Assembly: GCA_017302485.1 (NCBI GenBank)
Contig: JAFLDI010000001.1
Coordinates: forward strand, 1 to 43,746
Origin: Burkholderiales bacterium
GTDB lineage: Bacteria; Pseudomonadota; Gammaproteobacteria; Burkholderiales; Burkholderiaceae_C
Direction of reading: 5' to 3'
DNA length: 43,746 nucleotides
The position numbers and the translations under genes are program-made. A model generated the notes under the pieces. That model saw only the letters and a list, made by a program, of their open reading frames with translations, did no database searches and was not told the origin of the DNA. Numbering within the stretch: position 1 is the stretch's first letter; every line of letters begins with the position of its first letter. Below are positions 35,083 through 43,641 of this stretch, piece after piece.

Positions 35083-36225
35083 TCACTGCCTGGCGACTCG
35101 ACGCCAGGCCGCAAAGAGCGCATCGGTGGCCTCGTCGATGTCTGCCACCTGCGAGGTGCGACCGACAGACAGACGCACGGCGCCGCTGGCTCGTGCCGCG
35201 TCGATGCCCATCGCAGCCAGCACGCCGCTGACCGCATCATGCTCGGAGTGGCAGGCGGATCCCACCGATGCGGCCACCGTGTCGGCGACCTCGGCCAGCA
35301 GGCCGCGCCCGCTAACACCGGGGAAGGAGACATGCAGCGTATTGGGCAGCCGCAGTTCCGGATGCCCGTTGAGCTGCAAGCCCGAGACACCGTCTGCCAG
35401 CCGTGCATGCAAGCGTTCGCGCAGCGCTCGCAGTCGATCCGTCAGCGCTGGCAGCTCGGCTGAAGCCAGCGCCGCAGCCGCCCCGAGCGCGACGATCAGG
35501 GCCACGTTCTCCGTGCCGGGGCGCAGGCCCTGTTCCTGATCGGCGCCGTGGAGGATCGATCGGATCGGCGTTCCGGTGCGCACGTACAAGGCACCGATGC
35601 CCTTGGGCGCGCTGAACTTGTGCCCGGCCATCGTCAGCAGGTCCACGCCGAGAGCGCCGACGTTCACCGGCAGCTTGCCTACCGACTGCGCGGCATCGGT
35701 GTGCAGCAGGATCCCGCGCGGGCGCGTGATCGCCGAGATGTCGGCGATCGGCTGCAACGTGCCCACCTCGTTGTTGGCGTGCATCACCGAGACCAGCGCC
35801 GTGTCAGGGCGAAGGGCCCGCTCGACCGCCGCCGCGGAAACCCTTCCGTGCGCGTCGACAGGGACGACCGACACCTCCCAACCATGATCCCGCAACGCCG
35901 CCGCCGGTGCCGCGACCGCCGGGTGCTCGATCGCGCTGATCACGAGGTGCCGCCGAGATGGCCCGATGGCACGCGCCACGCCCAGCAGCGCCAGGTTGTT
36001 CGCTTCGGTCGCGCAGCCGGTGAAGACGATTTCCCCCGTCTGCGCGCCGACCAGCGTGGCAACCTGTTTGCGCGCGCGGCTCACGGCCTGGGCTGCCCGG
36101 CGACCGAAGGCATGGCTGCTCGACGGGTTGCCGAACTGCGATCGCAGCCACGGCGCCATGGCGTCGAAGACTTCCGGCGCGACTGGCGTGGTGGCGTTGT
36201 GGTCGAGGTAGATCGGGTCGGTCAT
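35083..36225 (-). CDS. cysteine desulfurase / selenocysteine lyase family (group I NifS-like, PLP)
   Basis: IYLDHNATTP, GNPSS, EHPAV, NNEVG, HTDAAQ, AGHKF (PLP Lys), RPGTEN and SVGSACHS (catalytic Cys). Confidence 0.93.
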   Translation of the reverse strand: MTDPIYLDHNATTPVAPEVFDAMAPWLRSQFGNPSSSHAFGRRAAQAVSRARKQVATLVGAQTGEIVFTGCATEANNLALLGVARAIGPSRRHLVISAIEHPAVAAPAAALRDHGWEVSVVPVDAHGRVSAAAVERALRPDTALVSVMHANNEVGTLQPIADISAITRPRGILLHTDAAQSVGKLPVNVGALGVDLLTMAGHKFSAPKGIGALYVRTGTPIRSILHGADQEQGLRPGTENVALIVALGAAAALASAELPALTDRLRALRERLHARLADGVSGLQLNGHPELRLPNTLHVSFPGVSGRGLLAEVADTVAASVGSACHSEHDAVSGVLAAMGIDAARASGAVRLSVGRTSQVADIDEATDALFAAWRRVARQ

Positions 36226-36260
36226 GGCGCGATTCGACAGGCGATGATCATTTGCCGGTT

Positions 36261-36280
36261 ATTCTAAAGGCCGTTAGAAT
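36261..36280. promoter_or_regulatory. candidate ArsR-family operator ATTCTAA-N6-TTAGAAT
   Basis: Perfect 7-bp inverted repeat in the 62-bp divergent gap between the desulfurase and the ArsR-rhodanese gene. Confidence 0.75.
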
Positions 36281-36287
36281 GTAGTTC

Positions 36288-36950
36288 ATGGACAACCGCA
36301 CCCTCAAAGATCTCTTGTACGAACAGGTCGCCCGGGTCGGCAAGGCCCTGGCCAGCCCGAAGCGGCTCGAAATCCTGGAGATGCTGGCGCAGGGCGAGAA
36401 AGCCGTCGAGACGATCGCCGGCGAGGTCGGCATCGACGTCAAGCTGGCCAGTGCCCACCTGAAGGCGCTGAAGGAAGCGCGACTCGTGCAGGTGAAGCGC
36501 GACGGCAAGCGCATGATCTACCGGCTCAGCGGCGCCGATGTCGCCCAGCTTGGCGTTACGCTGCGCCAGGTGGCCGAGGAACACCTGGTCGAACTGCGGC
36601 TGGCCTTGCAGCAGATGATGGCCGAGCCGGAGCAACTGGCGAAGGTGGGCCGCAAGGAACTGCTGGCGCAGGCCAAGCGCGGCGAAGTCGTGGTGCTCGA
36701 CGTGCGTCCACCCGAGGAGTTCGACACCGCACACCTTCCCTATGCCCGTTCGGTGCCACTACCCGAACTGGCGCAGCGCCTGGCCGAGCTGCCGCGCGAC
36801 GTGGAGATCGTCGCCTACTGCCGCGGTCCGTTCTGCCTGATGTCCGACGAGGCCGTGAAGCTGCTGCGCGAGCACGGCTACCGCGCCCGCAAGACCTTCG
36901 ATGGCGTGAGCGAATGGCAGGCCGCAGGGCTGCCTGTGACCCGGCGCTGA
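36288..36950 (+). CDS. ArsR/SmtB HTH - rhodanese fusion regulator
   Basis: KALASPKRLEILEML..GEK...ASAHLKAL, followed by VLDVRP.EEF..AHLP and AYCRGPFC rhodanese motifs. Confidence 0.92.
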   Translation: MDNRTLKDLLYEQVARVGKALASPKRLEILEMLAQGEKAVETIAGEVGIDVKLASAHLKALKEARLVQVKRDGKRMIYRLSGADVAQLGVTLRQVAEEHLVELRLALQQMMAEPEQLAKVGRKELLAQAKRGEVVVLDVRPPEEFDTAHLPYARSVPLPELAQRLAELPRDVEIVAYCRGPFCLMSDEAVKLLREHGYRARKTFDGVSEWQAAGLPVTRR

Positions 36951-36978
36951 GCACGAAGGCCCACCCTGGAGGATCGCC

Positions 36979-37332
36979 ATGACCTTCTCCCTGTTCATCG
37001 TCAACGACGCACCCTACGGCAATGAGCGGGCGTACAACGCGCTGCGCCTGGCCGGCGCGCTGGCTTCGCGTGACGGCCAGGCCGCCGTGCGCCTGTTCCT
37101 GATGGCGGATGCGGTCGGCTGCGCCAAGAGCGGGCAGAAGGTGCCCGAGGGCTACTACAACGTGCAGATCATGCTCGGCAAGGTGGCGCGCAAGGGCGAG
37201 GTCGGCTTGTGCAGCACCTGTATGGACGCCCGTGGCCTGCGTGACGACGAACTGGTCGAAGGGGCCAAGCGCGGCACCCTGGCGCAACTGGCGGACTGGA
37301 CGGCCGAGGCCGACAAGGTCCTGGTGTTCTAA
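36979..37332 (+). CDS. DsrE/YchN-like sulfur relay protein
   Basis: PYGNERAYNALRLA, VRLFLMADAV, LCSTCMDARGL and ADKVLVF motifs. Confidence 0.9.
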   Translation: MTFSLFIVNDAPYGNERAYNALRLAGALASRDGQAAVRLFLMADAVGCAKSGQKVPEGYYNVQIMLGKVARKGEVGLCSTCMDARGLRDDELVEGAKRGTLAQLADWTAEADKVLVF

Positions 37333-37350
37333 GTCCCGGCGCTCGCGTCC

Positions 37351-38424
37351 ATGATTCCCGAACTCGGTGTCATCGAGGGCTACTTCGGCCGACCGTGGGC
37401 GCACGAGGACCGCAAGCAGGTTCTGACGCGGCTGCGTGAGATGGGTTACGCCTGGTTCCACTACGCACCCAAGGCCGACGCCTGGCTGCGGCGGCGCTGG
37501 CGCGAGCGGCACCCGGATGCGGTGCTCGCTGAACTGGCCGATCTGTCGGCGCATTGCCGCGGCCTCGGGATGCGTTTTGGCGTGGGCCTGAGCCCCTACG
37601 AGCTCTACCGCGACTTCACCGGCGATGCACAGCGTGCCTTCGTCGACAAGGTGCGGTCGCTCGGCGCGATCGGCATCGACGACCTCGCGATCCTCTTCGA
37701 CGACACGCGCGGGGATGTGCCAGACCTGGCGGCGCGCGAAGCCGAGATCGTCCACGCGGCAATCGCGAACACCCGCGCAAGCCGGGTGCTGATGTGCCCG
37801 ACCTACTACTCCGACGACCGGATGCTCGATGTCGTGTTCGGTGAGCGCCCAAAGGGCTACCTGCAGGACCTGGGGCGCCGGCTCGATGCCGAGGTCGGTG
37901 TGTATTGGACCGGAGAGGAGATCTGCGCCCGCGAGTTCAGCCCGGGGCACCTCACGCGCGTGGCCGAGGCGCTCGGTCGCAAGCCCACGCTCTGGGACAA
38001 CTACCCGGTCAACGATGGGCCACGGATGTCGCGCTTCCTGCACCTGCGCGGCTTCACGGGCCGGCGCCACACCATCGCCGGCCACGTCGCGGGCCATGCC
38101 ATCAACCCGGCCCTGCAGGCGCACCTGAGCCTGATCCCGGCAGCGACGCTGGTGGCCAGCTACAGCGAAGGCGACGGCTATGCCTACCTGAGCGCGTTTC
38201 GCGCAGCCGCGCGCTCGTTGGCCGGCGAACCGCTGGCCGCGATGCTGGACGAGGACCTGCATGCGCTGCAGGACCGAGGCTTCGACGCCCTGGGCGAACC
38301 GCCAGATGACGAACGTGCAAGGCTGCGGGCGCGTTACGCGGCGGTTCAGCACCCGATGGCCGCCGAGGTCGTTCGTTGGCTCGATGGCGCCGACACCGTG
38401 GATGGCTGGGTCGAGGACGCCTGA
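37351..38424 (+). CDS. GH84-like beta-N-acetylglucosaminidase (O-GlcNAcase catalytic domain only)
   Basis: GVIEGYFGRPW, YAPKAD, GLSP, AILFDD (catalytic Asp-Asp), CPTYY, YWTG and LWDNYPVND motifs. No signal peptide. Confidence 0.88.
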   Translation: MIPELGVIEGYFGRPWAHEDRKQVLTRLREMGYAWFHYAPKADAWLRRRWRERHPDAVLAELADLSAHCRGLGMRFGVGLSPYELYRDFTGDAQRAFVDKVRSLGAIGIDDLAILFDDTRGDVPDLAAREAEIVHAAIANTRASRVLMCPTYYSDDRMLDVVFGERPKGYLQDLGRRLDAEVGVYWTGEEICAREFSPGHLTRVAEALGRKPTLWDNYPVNDGPRMSRFLHLRGFTGRRHTIAGHVAGHAINPALQAHLSLIPAATLVASYSEGDGYAYLSAFRAAARSLAGEPLAAMLDEDLHALQDRGFDALGEPPDDERARLRARYAAVQHPMAAEVVRWLDGADTVDGWVEDA

Positions 38425-38448
38425 GCACCACACCCCAAGGAGACAAAC

Positions 38449-39204
38449 ATGTTCTTTCGCCAACGCGCCGCGGCGAACGCGACGTTGTCCTATCTCTTCG
38501 GCTGTGCCGGCCACCAGATGGCCATTGCCGTCGATGTCGTCGCCGGTGACGAGGGCTGGTTCGTCGCCGAGGCCGAGCAGGCTGGTGCGCGCCTGGTGCA
38601 CGTCATCGACACGCACGTGCATGCTGACCACTACTCGGGGGGCCTGGAACTGGCGCGGCGCACCGGCGCCGCCTACCACCTGCACGAGAGCAACCGGGGT
38701 CGCGTGGCCTTCGACTTCGCCGCCCTGTCTGACCGCCAGCGCATCGAGGCGGGCAACGTCATCGTCGATGTGATGCACACACCAGGGCACACGCCCGACA
38801 GCATCTGCCTCGTCGTGCGCGACCTGCGGCGCGGCGACGAGCCCTGGTTCGTCATCACCGGCGACACGCTGTTCGTCGGCGCGGTCGGTCGGCCTGATCT
38901 GGCCGGCCAGGAGCGCCAGATGGCCGCGCAGTTGCACGACACGCTGCATCAGAAGCTGCTGCGCTTGCCGCCCGAGCTCGAAATCTACCCTGGCCACCAG
39001 GCCGGCAGTGCCTGCGGGGCCGGACTGTCGGGCAAGCCGGCGTCGACGATCGGCTTCGAGACGCGCTTCAACCCGATGCTCGCCATGGACAAGGCAGCAT
39101 TCGTCGACGCGCTCACTGCCGAGTTCCCGCCGCCGCCGGCCGACATGGCGCGCATCGTCGAGGCTAATCTGCGCGGCGTGGTGCCCGCTGCCGCGCTGGT
39201 GTGA
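38449..39204 (+). CDS. MBL-fold protein, persulfide dioxygenase/glyoxalase II-like
   Basis: DTHVHADHYSG, HTPGHT, TGDTLFVG.VGRPDL and YPGH.AGSACG motifs. AGGAG RBS. Confidence 0.88.
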   Translation: MFFRQRAAANATLSYLFGCAGHQMAIAVDVVAGDEGWFVAEAEQAGARLVHVIDTHVHADHYSGGLELARRTGAAYHLHESNRGRVAFDFAALSDRQRIEAGNVIVDVMHTPGHTPDSICLVVRDLRRGDEPWFVITGDTLFVGAVGRPDLAGQERQMAAQLHDTLHQKLLRLPPELEIYPGHQAGSACGAGLSGKPASTIGFETRFNPMLAMDKAAFVDALTAEFPPPPADMARIVEANLRGVVPAAALV

Positions 39205-40487
39205 GGCCCATGCACTTCGGCATCCGCGTCAACCTGACCCAGTTCCTGCAGCAACTGCTGCAGGTGCTGCTGGTGGGAATGACCATCGGCCTGATGCGCA
39301 ACGTCGTGCCGGCGCTGGCCGAGGGCGAGTTCGGCGTGCCGCGTGGGTCGTTCATGCTGCTGGTCGCCTTCGTCGTCGCCTTCGGCTTCGTCAAGGGCGC
39401 AATGAACTTCATCGCCGGCCGCCTGGCCGAGCGCCTGGGCCGTAAGCGCGTGCTGCTGCTGGGGTGGCTGGTGGCACTGCCGATCCCAGCGCTCATCTAC
39501 TTCGCACCAAGCTGGTCCTGGGTGGTCTTAGCCACCGTGCTGCTGGGCATCAACCAGGGCCTGACCTGGTCGATGACGCAGACGGCCAAGCTCGACTTCA
39601 CGCGCGCCGACCAGCGCGGCCTGGTCATCGGGCTGAACGAGTTCTCGGGCTATGTGGGCGTGGCATTGGCCGGCGTGGCCACCGGCTACCTCGCGACGGC
39701 GCTCGGCCCGCGCGAAGGGCTGCTGTGGTTCGGCGCTGCGGTGATCGGGCTGGCGACGCTGCTGTCGTGGCTGGCTATCGCGGAGACGCTGCCCTGGGCG
39801 CGCGACGAGGTCAAACGTCATGCATCACCTTCAGCCACCGCGCTTCGCCCGCGCTACCCCAGTGGCGTGGGCGCGCAGCCCTCGACGCGGGAGATGTTCG
39901 CGCTGATGAGCTGGCGCGACCGGCGCATGGCGGCGCTGTGCCAGGCCGGTCTGGTGGAGAAGTTCGTCGACGCGCTGGTCTGGGCCTTCTGGCCGGTCTA
40001 CCTGCACCAGCGCGGCGTGGACCTTCCTGGCATCGGCTGGATCGTCGGCGTCTACGGTTTCACCTGGGGCGCGGCGCAGTTCTTCACCGGCAGGCTGTCG
40101 GACCGGCTGGGGCGCCACCTGCTCAACGCCTGGGGCATGTGGGTTTGCGGCGCTGGTGTCGCACTGATGCCGCTGGGTTCGGGCGCGGCGTGGTGGAGCG
40201 TGTCTGCCGCCGTCGCGGGCCTGGGCATGGCGATGCTGTACCCCAACCTCAGTGCCGCCGTCGCGGACATCGCGCATCCGAACTGGCGTGCCTCGGCCAT
40301 CGGCATCTACCGCTTCTGGCGTGACCTGGGCTACGGCATCGGGGCACTCGGGCTGGGGCTGGCCGCCGCTCTCGGCGGCCGGCTGGAAACGGCCTTCTGG
40401 TTCGTCGCCGTGGCGATGCTGGCTTCCGGTGCGGTGCTGTTCCGATGGGGCGAGGAGACGCACCCCCGGCTCAACCCTGCGACCTGA
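39201..40487 (+). CDS. MFS transporter
   Basis: About 12 TMs, with motif A-like GRLAERLGRKR and GRLSDRLGRH. Overlaps the MBL stop. The start could be 39201 or 39210. Confidence 0.9.
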   Translation: MRPMHFGIRVNLTQFLQQLLQVLLVGMTIGLMRNVVPALAEGEFGVPRGSFMLLVAFVVAFGFVKGAMNFIAGRLAERLGRKRVLLLGWLVALPIPALIYFAPSWSWVVLATVLLGINQGLTWSMTQTAKLDFTRADQRGLVIGLNEFSGYVGVALAGVATGYLATALGPREGLLWFGAAVIGLATLLSWLAIAETLPWARDEVKRHASPSATALRPRYPSGVGAQPSTREMFALMSWRDRRMAALCQAGLVEKFVDALVWAFWPVYLHQRGVDLPGIGWIVGVYGFTWGAAQFFTGRLSDRLGRHLLNAWGMWVCGAGVALMPLGSGAAWWSVSAAVAGLGMAMLYPNLSAAVADIAHPNWRASAIGIYRFWRDLGYGIGALGLGLAAALGGRLETAFWFVAVAMLASGAVLFRWGEETHPRLNPAT

Positions 40488-40514
40488 TTCGTTCCTCAAC
40501 TTCCGGAGACACGC

Positions 40515-40973
40515 GTGATCACACGCAGACTGACACTGACCCTCGCGCTCGCCGCAGCAGCCTTTGCACCGCTGGCGGCGCATGCGCAGGCCGACAAGGC
40601 CACCCTCAACGCGCTGGAAGGCTACTTCGACTTCGTCGATGCGAACACCGGCACGATCCTGCCCGAACAGATCCCGGCCGAGGACTACACGAAGTTCCAC
40701 GTGCTCGACGTGCGCGACGCAGGCCAGTTTGCCAAGGACCATATCCCCGGTGCCGTGAACATCGAATGGCGTCAGGTCTTCGCGCAGCGAGCGAAGCTGC
40801 CGAAGGACAAGACCATCCTCCTCTACTGCAACACCAGCTCCTTTGCCTCGCAGGTCGCGATGGCTCTGCGCATGGATGGCTTCGAGAACGTGCGCTTGCT
40901 GTACGGCGGCTACAACGAGTGGAAGGCGCGCGGCGGCTTGGATGCCCACGCGCGAGTGAGCAAGAAGAGCTGA
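40515..40973 (+). CDS. exported single-domain rhodanese
   Basis: Signal peptide TRRLTLTLALAAAAFAPLAAHA, then VLDVRD...HIPGAVNI, active loop YCNTSS and LYGGYNEW. Confidence 0.88.
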   Translation: MITRRLTLTLALAAAAFAPLAAHAQADKATLNALEGYFDFVDANTGTILPEQIPAEDYTKFHVLDVRDAGQFAKDHIPGAVNIEWRQVFAQRAKLPKDKTILLYCNTSSFASQVAMALRMDGFENVRLLYGGYNEWKARGGLDAHARVSKKS

Positions 40974-41095
40974 AGCTTGAGGGTCGTGTGCGCTCGTTCG
41001 CGTGACCCGGCCGACGCTTGCTGTGCATCGGCCGCGCAGCAGTGGCCGCACTCGCCGTGACGATCATGGCGATCTCGGCGGGTGGCACGCCGTCC

Positions 41096-41959
41096 ATGCC
41101 TTACCGCGGCACCGGGGCCGCCTTCGGCCTGGCGGTCTCCGTGGCGTTGCATGCGCTGCTGTTTGCCGTGGCGGCCGGACACCTGTCGATGCGCAAGCCA
41201 CATCGGCCGGCCGACGAACCGACGGTGATTCAGCTGAGCTTGTTGCCGCCGCCCGAAGCAGTCGTGCGCGAGGCGCCGACTCCGGCGCCTGCACCCGTGC
41301 CACCGGCTCTGCCCGTCCCGACCATCGCGGCACCGAAAGTCGTACCGGTGCCTCCGCCAGAGACGCCACGCCAACCCGCCACGATGGCGGCTCCTCCTGC
41401 GCCCACGGCCGAGGAGTGGGCCTTCGCCAGCCGGTACACGCTCAAGAACAGCAAGGCCTACCGCTATACCTGGGGGCAGCAAGTGCGTAGCATGATGGGC
41501 ACCGCCGTCGAAGGACCTGACCAGGGCATGGTGCGCTTCCGGGTGGAGATCGCTCCCGACGGTTCGCTGGCCAGCCTCGACACCGTGTGGTCCACGTCGC
41601 CTGTCGCTGAGCGACTGGCCCGCCAGGCCATCGCCAACATGCCGCGCTGGCCCGCCACGCCGACGGGGCGGCCCCTGGTCTTCGAGAAGACCATCTCGTT
41701 CACGCCGTTTGCGTCGGACGGTCCACCGCTCTATAAGGACGACTGCTTGCCCGACCCACCGGTGTTCAGCAACCCGTTTGCGTGGGACGGACAGTCAGTG
41801 CGTGAGCCCGTTGGCGCCAAGCCGACCGAGAAGCCGGATCCCCAGTCGCTGGAGGATTGCCTCAGGCAGTTGCCGCAGGACTCGATCGAAGCAGAGACCG
41901 CGCGCGACCAGCGCATGATGAAGCAGTGGGGCTGGGGGGCCAGCAGGCTGAGACGATGA
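41096..41959 (+). CDS. TonB/TolA-like membrane-anchored protein
   Basis: TM with SVALHAL (SxxxH), Pro-rich linker, then a TonB-C-like GMVRFRVEIAPDGSL domain. The start is uncertain (41018-41096). Confidence 0.65.
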   Translation: MPYRGTGAAFGLAVSVALHALLFAVAAGHLSMRKPHRPADEPTVIQLSLLPPPEAVVREAPTPAPAPVPPALPVPTIAAPKVVPVPPPETPRQPATMAAPPAPTAEEWAFASRYTLKNSKAYRYTWGQQVRSMMGTAVEGPDQGMVRFRVEIAPDGSLASLDTVWSTSPVAERLARQAIANMPRWPATPTGRPLVFEKTISFTPFASDGPPLYKDDCLPDPPVFSNPFAWDGQSVREPVGAKPTEKPDPQSLEDCLRQLPQDSIEAETARDQRMMKQWGWGASRLRR

Positions 41960-42026
41960 GTTCAGACACGCCACCCGTTGCGACGCGGCTGATGGGCCAG
42001 AGGAACGAGACCGATTCCTCAAGGCC

Positions 42027-43361
42027 GTGGCCGAGGTCACTCGCTGCCGAACCTCCACTCGCCTTGTGGTTGCCACTGCAGACGCTGAGGACAGACAGCT
42101 GGAGCTGATCCTCTCGGCTACCCGCGGACCGCGCAGCGTGATCGCCGTGTGTCGTGATGTGAGCGAGCAGGTGCGCGCTGAACAGGCGCTGAGGACGGCC
42201 GCCGAGGCCGAGCAACGACGGCGCGACTACAGTGAGTTCCTCTCTCGGGTCAGTCACGAGTTGCGCACGCCACTGAACGCCGTGCTGGGCTTCGCGCAAT
42301 TGCTGCTCCAGGAGGCTGCCCCCGTCCTGCCGACTCACCAGGTGCACTGGCTGGACCAGATCCGTCGCGGCGGGCAGTACTTGTTGTCGCTGATTGAGGA
42401 TGTGCTCAGCCTGACGCGAGCGGACGCAGGGCATCACCGCCTCGAACCGATGGCGACGTCAATCTGCTCTGCATTGCGCGACGCCACGGATTTGCTGGCC
42501 CCGCTGGCGGGCACAGCAGAGGTTGCCTTCAGCTTGCCAGATGACGATGCAGCTTCCATGGTGCTGATTGACCGTCGCGCGCTGCGCCAGGTGCTGGTCA
42601 ATGTGCTGGGCAATGCGGTCAAGTACAACAGGCGTGGCGGGACCGTCTGGGTCGAACTGGAGCGGATCGGCCTGGAGTGCAGGGTGTCCATACGGGATGA
42701 AGGTCGGGGGATCGAGCCGACCGACCTGTCCAGACTGTTCGTGCCCTTCGAGCGGCTCGGTGCGGAGCATGGCAGCATCCCGGGCACCGGCTTGGGCTTG
42801 GCCATTGCACGGCGGCTCATCGAAAGTTCTGGCGGGTGGATCGATGCCGAAAGCCCTCCAGGCAGCGGACTGCGCGTACGCATTGGCTTGCCACTCAGCG
42901 GCTGCGCCATCGGGGACACCGCGGCCATGGACATGGCGACACTGGACCTGCCAGCAGTCGTTGAATCGCTGGAGGTGGGCCGCGGCGCCCGGCATGCTGT
43001 CTTTGTCGAGGACAACGAGGTCAATCTGCAGTTGATGGAAGCCATCTTCCTGCGCCACCCAGAATGGGTACTTCAGCTGCATGACGACGCTCCGTGGGCG
43101 CTCAACGCGGTCCTTGCCGAGCCACCGGTGCTGCTGCTGCTGGATCTGAACATGCCTGGATTGAGCGGCATGGCATTCATTCGTGCCGTGCGCGCCGAGC
43201 CTCGTTGCCGCCATCTGGTGTGTGTGGCGGTCACGGCTGATGCCTCGGAACAGACGCGACGCGACGCGTTGGCTGCGGGCTTCGATGACTTCTGGACCAA
43301 GCCGATAGATCCTCGAAAGGTCGACGGCTTTCTCACTCGCTTCGGTTCACTGAACGTCTAG
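42027..43361 (+). CDS. hybrid sensor histidine kinase/response regulator, 5' end truncated or frameshifted
   Basis: PAC-like VIAVCRDVSE, FLSRVSHELRTPLN H-box, NAVKYN, DEGRG, GTGLGL and a receiver domain (EDNEVN...LLDLNMPG...TKP). Confidence 0.85.
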   Translation: MAEVTRCRTSTRLVVATADAEDRQLELILSATRGPRSVIAVCRDVSEQVRAEQALRTAAEAEQRRRDYSEFLSRVSHELRTPLNAVLGFAQLLLQEAAPVLPTHQVHWLDQIRRGGQYLLSLIEDVLSLTRADAGHHRLEPMATSICSALRDATDLLAPLAGTAEVAFSLPDDDAASMVLIDRRALRQVLVNVLGNAVKYNRRGGTVWVELERIGLECRVSIRDEGRGIEPTDLSRLFVPFERLGAEHGSIPGTGLGLAIARRLIESSGGWIDAESPPGSGLRVRIGLPLSGCAIGDTAAMDMATLDLPAVVESLEVGRGARHAVFVEDNEVNLQLMEAIFLRHPEWVLQLHDDAPWALNAVLAEPPVLLLLDLNMPGLSGMAFIRAVRAEPRCRHLVCVAVTADASEQTRRDALAAGFDDFWTKPIDPRKVDGFLTRFGSLNV

Positions 43362-43572
43362 TGGATGGGTCCGGTGAACGCCAGATAGATGATCGCAGCA
43401 CCGGGGGCGATTCAGCGAGCGGCGCTCTGCAGCGGACATCATTACTCCCGCGGTTCACCATTGTTGCGCCGCGGTGTTGGTACGTTGCCGGGCAATGGGT
43501 GTGCTGATGCTGCGATGTTCGACGGCTCTGCGGGCAGGCGACGAGGCTGACAGGCTCGGGGGAGCAGCTGGT

Positions 43573-43586
43573 TTGATCGTCCACAA
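43573..43586. promoter_or_regulatory. FNR-like box TTGAT-CGTC-CACAA
   Basis: One perfect half-site and a 3/5 second half-site, upstream of ubiU, which is typically anaerobically induced. Confidence 0.5.
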
Positions 43587-43641
43587 AACCATGCGCGCCG
43601 AGCGTCCCTAGAGTCCAGCGCTTCGCTGCCTCGAATCATCC

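Noticed and set aside
32340-40973. Selenoproteins (in-frame TGA read-through) in the S/Se module
   Set aside because: The catalytic positions of DsrE, both rhodaneses, the desulfurase and DUF302 are Cys codons, and TGA stops fall at natural domain ends.
43362-43572. Small ORFs or an ncRNA in the kinase-ubiU gap
   Set aside because: The ORFs lack an RBS and any motif, and I saw no convincing RNA structure.
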